Assembly: GCA_012295275.1 (NCBI GenBank)
Contig: CM022679.1
Location: 2,108,001 to 2,172,000 of the forward strand
From: Chrysomallon squamiferum
Lineage: Eukaryota > Animalia > Mollusca
Length of the DNA: 64,000 nucleotides
Direction: 5' to 3'
Each line of letters begins with the position of its first letter. Position 1 is the first letter of the stretch. The notes under the pieces were generated by a model. That model was not told the DNA's origin and did no database searches. It was given only the letters and a program-made list of their open reading frames with translations. Positions 27,832-39,175 of this stretch are shown in pieces. The position numbers and the translations under genes are program-made.

Positions 27832-29909
27832 GCGTGCGTACATATGTATGATATTTTGTCAGTACATTTTATTTTCAGCTGAGGTTTTTCATTATTTTTA
27901 CTACCACTAATATTATTATCAACATCATCATCATTATTATAATTATTGTTATTATTATTTCAGGATGACAGTAAAATCGAGGAGATTATATTTATAGATT
28001 TAACATGCTATGGTATTAACGATGAATATTTTTGGAAACCAACATCAGTTCGCACTGCAAAGGAATCGACCGTAATTGAAACAACCAGAGGTGAAGAGCT
28101 GTGGAGAAAACTTCGAAGGTTCGTCGAAATAGCTGGTTACTTTAAGACTTCAAATCGCAAACAGCTGATTACAAACAGTGCACTATTTACTATATATAGT
28201 CCGAAATCGGTCAGGGTTTTTGACACGCAATTTAACAGCGTCGACTCAGGAATGCTGGGAAAGAAGGGCCCTATTATAAATATTCCACTTTCAGTGCTAT
28301 CGGCAATGGCTATAAAACCAGCAAATACTTCATTTAGTCCCTTGGGTTATGCTTTAGGATCTTTGCATGCAAAGAAAAACGTCAATCAGGTTGGTATGGC
28401 AGTGATGCCCAGCATGATGCCTAAAAGAACTAAGAAAATGAAACCCACCGCCCTGACAACAATAATGGAGACTATTCCTGGAGTTGTTCATGGTTCTGAT
28501 TCGTCGGAAACCCAGAAAAATGTAAAAAAACTTTTGAAAAAGTTTAAACTGGATGAAGTTGCTTACATTCGAAAGCCACTCTCCCAACATTATTATTTAA
28601 ATCAAAAGGAGGGCGCGATGGAAAATAAAGCAATCACTGCTCGGAAAAAACTGAATATACGAAAGAAAGAAATTCTGCAAGAAAGGGAAAAAGCAAAGGA
28701 AATGGAAATTTTCAAGGAAAAAAAAAAAAAAAAAAAGATTATTCCAGAAATTAAAATATCCAGCGTTGATATCGATGTAGAATCGTTTGGTCTTGTAAAG
28801 ACTATTGATAAAATTCCTTCTTTTAGAGATTTGGTAAGAACGTTTCTAAATAAGTCACGAAAGAAGAAAAAGAAGAGAATACTTAAACGACGAAAAAAAT
28901 GCGATGTACTGAATTTTGAACCCTCTCCACTTCAACCAATTCACAAAGAAACTAACAAGAAAATTTCAATGTCTGATCAGTCGTCGTCTTCAGACGAAGA
29001 TGAAGGGCTGATGTCTGATGGACGTATGTCTGGAAACCTATCTCCCACCACGTCAGCCTGTTCTTTAATAATGCACGACATCTGTTCTACTGTCTCTGCC
29101 CACACTGTCACAGAGTCATGGATGTCTGATGATAATGAACAACCTACAAAACTCAGCACTGGTAATATCTGGAAACTTAAACAATCTGAGGGAAAATTCA
29201 CAGGTGAGTACTTGAACGTACCGAAAATAGAGGATTATAACCCGATTGCTGTCCTTCCAGTAGATGCCAAAAGCCCAAGAAACAACGAAAATCTACAAAG
29301 AGTTTTCTTCCAGACATACCAGAAAAATTATCAAAAAGACAAATGTCGTTATTTATTGCCAAACATAAGAAAGATTATCTCAAAGATAACGAAAAGGTGG
29401 AAGAAGAAGAGGAAAAATATTCTCATCTGGACTTCGATTCCGAAGAACTGGAGGAGGATTATTCACGTTGGTTGTTAAAATTAAACAGAAATTTTAGTCT
29501 TGAGTGTATCGCAAACAAAGCATCACAGCAGAAAAAGAAGCAGCCTAGAAACAAACTAGAAACAGGATTAGCGGCGTCATCAGAAACACCATCAAGTTCA
29601 TCTTCGTCACATCGCCCGTATACGAAATCGAAATCCAAAACCAAAACCAAAAAATCCGAATCAAATATGATATTAGGGAAATTAAAACCATTTAAATTCC
29701 TTAGCCATGCTGATTACGTCCCAAAGGAACCGGAAGTTGTAAAGCCAGATTTTGAAAGCTCCAATTTTCAGGAATTTAAATGGAACCTTATCAAAGCTTT
29801 GAATGATTTTGTTATTCGAAAAGAGAATATGATGTCAAGCCATGGTTATAGATATATTTCATCTGTTACTTTCACACGACCCGAAATCTACAAAAAGTTT
29901 AAACTATAA
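25933..29909 (+). CDS. Uncharacterised Lys/Ser-rich protein, tandem paralogue A (about 745 aa)
   Basis: Exons 25933-26146, 27430-27617, 27964-29203, 29314-29909 (2238 nt, phase-consistent). Homologous blocks shared with paralogue B: YFxGxAPxIF, VLCEDLN, FSPGxEFWDYLYSDSWGEESSLRVLDGELL, VD[ST]GxLGKKG, KKxKLxEV, LGxLKxFKFL, FKWxLxKAxxDFVIRKEN, ISSVTFTRP. Confidence 0.85.
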
Positions 29910-31037
29910 CCGTCTGCTGATGAAATGTGATTGAGGAAAAAAAAAAAAGATCAACGATATATGAATACGATGCGTTTTGCCATTAAGCTGTTAGTTTGTA
30001 TAAAATATATGATGATTTTCTGTTAAACTAACACTCAAGATGACTTACTGGATATAACGATAATTAAGTGGTCACGTTATTCTGAACAATCATGATGATG
30101 CTGTTGTATCCGTCAGTAATTACTAATTCTTTTATTAAGTATAAAAACATTATCATGTTTCTTTTCAGATTATCAATCATGATAATCTAATTGTTTGTTT
30201 ATGTAATTGTTTATTTATGCAAATCTGATACTATTTCTACTATGTGATGTAATTTTTGACTACACCAATAGTCGTGATTGGTGCTTTTAAATATGTTTGT
30301 TGATTATAGAAGTTTAGAAAACATTTCAATCATTATTAATTTTTTTTTTTTTTTTTTTGTTGAAAGCAGCCTTTTACAAGTTAATTTTGTGATTATTAAA
30401 ACTTTGACACGTTTAATTTAATGGTTTACAGTTATCATGAATTTTTTATTTTAAATTGTTCGGTAATTTTGCAAGATTTTAGAAATAAAAAATATTTCTT
30501 TTTGTTTTCATCAGTTTACAAAACTACTGGCTTTTTTCTTCATTTATTCACCTGTTAAATTATTTTGTTTATTGTTGTGTTGTTGTTATTTATTTATTTA
30601 TTCATTCATTTAATAATTTTTGAAGGAAAACGAAATATCTTCTCTACAAATTTTTATTGTTCATAAATCGTGTTTTTTTTTTGTTTTTTTTTTTGCTGCC
30701 TTGGTAGTATAATAATAATAACAACAACAACAATAGTAATAACAATAACAGCAGCAGCAATAATAATAACAGCAGTAACAATTACTACTGGTGCTAATAG
30801 TAACAGTAGTAATACGCTTTGCTTTTAGTTGTAGCAGCATACATTATTTTATAAGCTGTAGAAACAGTAGGAACAAACTTCAGTAAATAACATAAAACCA
30901 GGTAACATTAGATAATATAAAATAACGTATAAAATATCATAATACAATATACAAAAAATAAATCAATATATATATATAGGCTCTATATGAAAAATACTAA
31001 TTAGTTTTTCCTATCGTTATTTAATAATAATAACAGC

Positions 31038-31086
<49 letters not shown>

Positions 31087-31424
31087 TAACAACAACAACA
31101 AAAAAATTAATAATTATAACAATAAATGTACCAAATTTTGCAAAATTTATATATATTTGTTAGTGGTTTTATGTAAAAGCAGGATTTATCCCATAAGGAT
31201 TCCCTCCCCCCCCGTAACAATAAATTAACAAAAAATTATGACGTCACTCAATTGTCTTGTCTTGTCTTTCATTACGAACTACTCGTAGTCGCGTGGAAGG
31301 AACTAAACTACTGTTTTTACTTACAATACTACACTAATAAGCCTAAATACCAAACGAGAATTGGTTATAAAAAAGGAAAAAACGATAAAAGAAAAAAAAA
31401 AAAAAAAAAAAAAACGAGGAAATT

Positions 31425-32466
31425 ATGACAACCAAAAGCTATTTCTATGGAAAAGCTCCACAAATATTTGACCAAAATCTGAAAAAAGTAAACTTCGATG
31501 TACCCGATATCGACGACCCTTTTGGCAACATTATTGATGGTGAAAAGGAAGATGTGAGTGGATATAAACGAAACAGTAAGTTTGCGTCTCGAGTCATCTC
31601 CTTTGTTTTGTGTGAAGACCTTAACGCAGAAGAGGAAACAGTAAAGAATGAATTTTCTCCAGGTAACTATCTGAACTGAATAAACCGTAAGCAGCGCATC
31701 TAAAATTCCTGTATTGGGGGGGGGGGAGGGTAATTGAACAGGAGGGAAAAGCGTCTTTCGTGGAACGTGTGTAACTATGAAACTCTGATGTGAATTTAAT
31801 TTATGGACGGAAGTTTAGTAACTAGTTCTGGTAGAGGGGGTGGTATAGGAGGAGTTGGATTAACTGTAGTAGTAGTAGTAATAAAAGTAGTAGCAGTAAT
31901 AGTAGGATAAATTAATTAGGTGCATAAGTATTTGTCGTAACAATTAAATAAATAATAATTACTATGATAGCATTAACAACTCACTAACAACAACCACCAC
32001 GGCAGTAACAATAACAACAACAACAAAAACAAAAAACAACAATATCCACAATAGTAACAACACAAACAACAACAACAATAACAATGACAACAACAACAAT
32101 GATAAAAGCAACAATAACAATAATCATAATAATAACAACAACTCAAACAACAACAATAAACATTACAATAACAGTAACATGAATAATAATAACTAACAAC
32201 AACAACAATAATAACAATTATATTTGTAACATTACAGTGGAATTCTGGGACTATTTGTACTCTGATTCGTGGGGAGAGGAGTCCTCACTGCGAGTTTTAG
32301 ACGGAGAACTTCTAGAACTGATTTTTCACAGCCTCAACGTGTTGCTGCGAGATGGCTCTCTGTTTTCTCGTAACACTTTTGCGTTCGCGAGAAACACCCG
32401 CCTTGTTAAAAACAAGGATGATACAAGCAATGTAATTTTTACATATTTTTTTAAAATGTATTGTTA

Positions 32467-32514
<48 letters not shown>

Positions 32515-34527
32515 TGCTACTGAGCGTGCAAGTCGTGTCGATTGTATACTGTATGTTTACGTGTATGTTTTGTGTGTGAATATGTGGATTTTTGAGTGTA
32601 TATTTTATTTATGCCCTTGTATATGTGTTAATTATTTCAGACTGAGTCAAAGATTCACGAAGTATTGGTTATAAATTTTACCTACTATGCTAGAATGGTA
32701 GAGAGAGATCACTTTGATGAGCCAGATGTTCCGATATTTCTGAACGCGATGCCAATAAGATTAAACATTTCTTTTGGCGTCGACTCCAGTCTGACGAAGT
32801 ATGAACATTACGATCACTATCTGGAGGTCGTTGAGAGTTTTTCAAATCCCAAGAAGCGTGTACCTTCAGTTCACATAGTGCCACTGTTTCCGATAAGCAA
32901 ACCGAAATCTGAGAAGATTGGTTATTTTCACGTTGAGTCAGTAGACACGGGGTTGCTTGGAAAGAAAGGCTCAATAAAAACAGTGCCACTGTCTTTGCTG
33001 AAGACGCATGTTAGAAAAATGTCGAAAATTGACAAGTTTCATCAAGGCAGAAACTTCGGACCGAATACTGTAATGCCTCGTCTGTTGAAAAAGGATGAAC
33101 CTAAAGGATGCCAAAACCTGTGCGTCATTTTGGAAAATATCGAACACATTCACAATCCGCGGAGGTTCAGCAGAAGCATCGATACGGACTCGATGGTATC
33201 GGACGTTCTAGAAGCAATGGACGAAGATGGATCCAAAATAATTGAACAAATGACGCAATTGACTCAACGTCAACAGCAGAGTGTTTTAAAGAAGTGGAAA
33301 CTCGAAGAAGTTAGTATCAGTCGAAAGAGACTTCGTAATCACTATTACATAGATCAGCACAAGCCGACAATGGACACCTTTAAAGATTCTGGAGAGAAAC
33401 TTCGTTACAAATTGAAAGAAATTCAGCTGCAAAGAGAAAAAAATAAAAAAGTTCAGAATATTAAGAGAGAAATAAAAGGTGATTCAGAAAATGAAACTGT
33501 TAAAACCGAATGGCCTTCAAATAAAATTTTGAAGCTTATAAAGGAAGTTCCTTCGTTTGAAGACCTGTTGAAATGGATTAAAGCTGTCGAACGACATCAT
33601 AAAAAATTAAAGAGAAACATGAGGGCGAATAGTGAATATAAACAGGTCAGGCGAGGCACTGCGAAGAAGGGCTCAGCTAAAAGTGGTAAGAAAACCGACA
33701 CCAAATTCGACACTTCAGAAAATGAAAGAGAACGGAACAGACAGACGGCAATAAAGAAAAGGTCTAAAAAAATAAACATTTCACCCTCCTCTTCCTTATC
33801 CGAGCTGTCGTGGTCGTCGTCGTCCTCTGGATACGGGTCGCCTGCTATAACTCCATCGACGCAAACACAACGTCGTTGGTCAAGTTCGTCATCAGTGGCA
33901 GTCACACCAGACCTGCATGAGAAAACACATGCTTATTCTATAGTTTCCGACAAAGTTCTTGAAAAAACATCCTCAATCAAGGAGGTAGATGAAGAAACAG
34001 GCGACATTATCGAAGAAGAAACACAATCTGAAAGCAAATCTGATATTCAAATTTCGAAATACATTAAACGAGATTTTAGTCGAGAGAAATTTTTGGAATC
34101 GGCTAGGAACAGATCGATTGCCTTGTTGAGTCCTTGGAATCAGGAATTATCACCTCCCCTGCCATCTGATGACCAGTTTATACTAAGAAAACATCTAGTT
34201 CACGATGACAGCAAGTTTATACCAGCGGAAGGGCAGCCACAGGTTTTGGGACAACTGAAACACTTCAAGTTCCTGAACTACAGAAATTATGAAGCCAAAC
34301 ATCCCGATGTCGTAATTCCAGACTGGAGCAGAATCATGAGCCTGGATGATTTCAAATGGAGGCTTCTAAAAGCGATGGATGATTTCGTTATCAGGAAAGA
34401 AAACATAAACACAAATTACAATTATAAATGCATTTCTTCAGTGACCTTCACCAGACCAGCGGCGTTCAAAAAGTTCCAGGTTCATTCTGGTTTGGTTCAC
34501 CTCGAGCATGATGCTAGTAAAAAATAA
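31425..34527 (+). CDS. Uncharacterised Lys/Ser-rich protein, tandem paralogue B (772 aa)
   Basis: Exons 31425-31662, 32238-32431, 32641-34527 (2319 nt, phase-consistent). The first two introns match paralogue A in position and phase (1 and 0). The last exon is a 629-codon open frame. Confidence 0.9.
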
Positions 34528-36589
34528 ACACTATAAAACCAAAATAATAATAATAAAATTGTAAATTAATATAAATTTTAATACCAATGTTAGTATCAAA
34601 AGTAATAAAGTCTCAGTTTTCATTGATTTTCCTCTTATTGTTTTAAATTCGTGTTTGAGTTTGTTTCCAAGTGTATGCAATTGTTCTTCTTTGTGTCTGC
34701 GTTTTAGTATGCTTGTTTGTACGCACAAGTCTTTGTATGGGTGTATGGTATATACGTACGAGTAAGTGTGTTTCATGAGTAAAATGGCGAAAAAAAAAAA
34801 AAAAAAACAAGGAAAGGAAACCAATTCCTAAAAACACTGCCCTATTGTAATGTGTGCTGGCCGTTAACAGGTAATCGGAAATAATAATAATAATAATAAA
34901 AAAAAGGTTTACGAAATGGAACTGGCGAGTTTTTCATACATTAGCGTTTTAGCAAGCTAGGTCACAAAATATAAATACCCTTTGAAGTTGTTTTACGATA
35001 CTTATAATATTAGTAATCCATGTTTTTCTTCACATTTCAAAGCCACCCAAATCAGTTTTGGAAAATTACACGCACGCACATCATATACACACACACACAC
35101 AGAGTAAATTCAGTTTAGATGTTTCAAATTAATTTTCATTAATTTTATTGAATTCATCCCATATGAAAGTTTAATTTTGTTAGGTTTACGAAGCGATGCC
35201 ATTGACTCCAGCGTTGTCAGCTCATCTTCATCAACAGCTTCAACAACTAGAAAACAACTGTAATTTACTTTTTTCTTAAAAACCTACATTTTTATAAAGT
35301 ACAAAGTTGTGTATGTTTTGAATTGTTACTTATGTCCATCTTTGTCCACGAAGTTGAAACCGTCCAATTCAGCTACGTTAAGTTTGCCAAAGGCAGTTAA
35401 TATGTGTAGAAATGAATTGTTGTTGTGTTACCCTTACAAAGGATCTAGGTGTCAAGTGTTTTTAAGTAATGTACACAAATAACACAAATTCTTTAATGTT
35501 GGATTCCAATTTTGCTTCTCATCAAACATGGCTCAAAACAAAATATTTTTAATTTATAACTGGGCCATTCAGAATTTTGTCCTAGGCCTACCTTTGATCG
35601 CTATATTAACCCTGAAATGTTATTAAATCATTGTAAGAACCTTAATAAATAAATTATATTTTATAATCTTCATGCATATATTTCTTTTATCTACTCAAAT
35701 TAGTTAGGATGGTGTACCATTCATGTTATTATCTTAAAATCTGTCACAGGTGGTTTTCTTGTGTGGAAAGATGCTACCTGTCTTTATCTTAAAATAATAA
35801 CAACAACAAAACAAAATGTGGAGAATTAGTTTTAATATCAGCAAAGAAAAAAGTAAATAAAATAAATAAATGAAAGACCATGTAACTAATAAACAAATTC
35901 ATTGCATACGAAACAACAGTACTGACTTGGTTTTGTATTACAGATAGTGACAGCTGATTTTAAACTGTTTAGATATTACAGTGTCAGCAGATTTTCAAAT
36001 GCTTACGTTTTGTATACATTTTAAATACATACTTTGCTAAAGAAGTGTCAGTGAGAAAACTTTTCAGTTCACACAGAAGTGTTGAAACATTACAAAGCTC
36101 TTCAAAAAGAAACAATAAAACCCCCAGCAGTGTACAGGTTTACAATAAACTCTATCAGCCTTTATATTGTCACCTGAATTAAAGAGAAAATTAAAAATAT
36201 ACATCATTGTCATGATTACCTAAGTAATGTAAGTGATGTGGGTACATTAAAAGATTTATAATAAAGCTGTGATTTCAAAAAAAAAAAAAATAATAATAAT
36301 AATAATAATATATTCTTTATGTGGTCAGTTTGTTGTAGTCAAACCACTGAGAAAAAATGTAATTTAAGAATAATGTGTTGTTCCTGTTCAGTATTAGCAG
36401 AATAAAAATAAAACTTCTGCAGTATACAATATTAACAGTTATTTCACACATTAATTAATGCTTATGAAAATATACAGTGATTTTAGCACTTGTTTTGTTT
36501 TTTAAACTGAATTTGTAGATATTACAAAATTTCAAATAATCATTTGAAATAGTAATAATAATAATATAATAATAATAATAGTAATAATA

Positions 36590-36646
<57 letters not shown>

Positions 36647-39175
36647 TGATAACATTATTTACATCTTATGACAACGGATATTATTAATATCAACAATTAG
36701 TTGTTTTGTTTTCTTAAAAGAAAAAAACAAAAAAACAATGAAAAAAATCTAAATCAAGTTAATAAAGCTGTACAATCGTTATATTTATAAAAGACTTTAA
36801 ACTGTCAAATTGGAAATATTTAAAAATATTAACTGAATTTAAAAGTCAGCAGCTAGCTGACTGCGAACATCAAAGACTGAGAAAGACATTAAAAAAATTC
36901 TTTTAACAGTTAAATCCAAAAATTATAAAGCTGTATTTTTAACAAAAATTATTTTGAAAAGCAAAAATAATAATAATGAAAAATTAATATTTAATAGAAA
37001 TACATAAATTAAGAGGAAAGCTAATAATTATTAACATTTGTTAACATTTTTTTAATTATTATATTCTGCTGTTTGAAGGTGAGTGTACCAATAAGGTTAT
37101 TGATTCTGTATGTGATTAAGAATTTTGTTAATTAAAATTAAACTGTTTATATTCAATATAGGATAAATGCCTATTTTATTACTTTTAAGTAAATAAAGTT
37201 CTGTTCAGAGCTAATGATAACAATCATCTGATGTGCAATATACCATTTTCAGAATGTGCAGTCATTATCAAACAACTAATATTAATCTTGTATTATGCAA
37301 TATGTTAATAAATGTTTCAACTCAAAATAAATATAGATATCTTGTTTCAAAACATTCAGTTTAATTACATGTATAAATCAATAATAATAATAATAATAAT
37401 GGTAATAAAAATAATTAAAAAAATAATAGTAGTAATAATAATACTAAATAATAATAATAAAAATAATACTAAACTGTATCCTCCACCCAAACAAATAATC
37501 CACACACCCAAACAATTTATCTAAATTAAACAATGATCAATTAATTATATGATGTTTTAAGTCATTAGTAATAGTAATTTTAAATCTAATTTATCTACAG
37601 CTTGAGAGGAATGGGCCAAGACACTTGGGAAGAAAGGAAATGGAATCAGCCACTAATACTATAAATTTTAAAAATAACAAATAATATATATATATAAAAC
37701 AAGATATGTTAATTAGGATTAAAAAAAAAAAAAAAGAAAAAAAAAGAAATTAATAATAAAATAAAGAAAAGTCACAACAGTTCTTTACACAAGTAGATGT
37801 TAATTTATACAAATATATGTTTGTTCTTAAGATCATCTTTTAATTTTATGGCGTTAGAGTTAATCTGCTACCAAAATTAGTTTTGAATTTTAATTTTAAG
37901 TATTTATAATATTACCCAAAGAATTTATTTACACTATCACAATGTTTTTCTTTATTTATAAATAACTATAAAAAAAAAATAAAAAAAAAGAGGAAAAAAT
38001 ATAATAAAATAAAAAAATTATTAGTAGAAGTAATTAATAATGAAAACAATAACAGTAAAAATAACAAATAACTAATAATATAAACAAAGGAAAACAAAAT
38101 TAGAATGAATAATAATAAAATGCAAAGGAAATTTTAAGAACATGAAAACTATTATAATAAAAAACAAAACAAAATACAATCAATCAAAAAAAAGAGAAAC
38201 AAAACAAATAAAATAACCCTGTTAATATTATTCCCTAATGCCAAAACATTTTAAACCTGAACCAAAATTATTTAACTTTAAAAGTAAAATTTATAAATAA
38301 AAAGAGCAGAAAATGTACAAAATGTTCAAATAAGTATGCTGCTTCCTAAGCGAAGAATGATCAACACATGTACTCTGAGAAGTGTTTATCAACATTTAAA
38401 TTCACAAATATGCACAAGATGCTGAAAGCATGCCTTAAAGTTGTATTAATGAGGTATTAAAAACCAACAGAAAACTGATGTCTGAACACAAAAATTTTTC
38501 CCAGGAAGGATTTCAAATGACAAACATTGAAACATTCACTTCTAAAGCTGATCACTACAGTGAGTCTTTCAAAGCATCATCTCACAAAGATGTTATCTAT
38601 GTTTTTTCTAAATGCAAAATTATCAAGGCTTCTTCTAGGGTTTTCTTTTTCACAACTGAAACTTATCAACATTCATTAAATTGCATTTTTCTTCTTAATA
38701 TACTTATCAACAGCTTGTATAAGAATGACTAACATTTTTCCATTTTATAATGTTCTCAGAATTTTTTTTCAATGTTTCTTAAAGTGATATTAGCCCTTTT
38801 ATTCCTGCATCTCACATAACTGACAGACAATATCAACATGCAACAGCACAGTCAAACATGACCTGGTTAACAATAACATTATAAAATTAGTACAGACAAT
38901 GAAATGGGTGATTAAGCTGAATAATGAACACTTTCAGATCTATGTACTCTTAACTTGGGTGTCAAAACGCGTGTTTGCTAAATTCTGTTTCACCATTTTA
39001 AATACCTTGATACTCTGATTTGACAGCGTCTAAATAAATAATTATATTAATAATGTTTGCTCTTTGGGATAAGTTACCAGACTAGTGGAATGAGCAGTGG
39101 TTAAATGTGGTGTATGAAAAAAATTCCAAATATATCACAGATATCTGCACACTACACACACACTGAATATTTTTA

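Noticed and set aside
29240-29478. Programmed -1 ribosomal frameshift or pseudogenising frameshift in paralogue A
   Set aside because: A canonical GTGAGT...TTCCAG intron (29204-29313) restores the frame exactly, and I found no convincing slippery heptamer with a downstream structure.
34528-39175. Hidden gene between paralogue B and the UBE2O stop
   Set aside because: No credible ORF or exon chain; extremely AT-rich and consistent with 3' UTRs of the two convergent genes.
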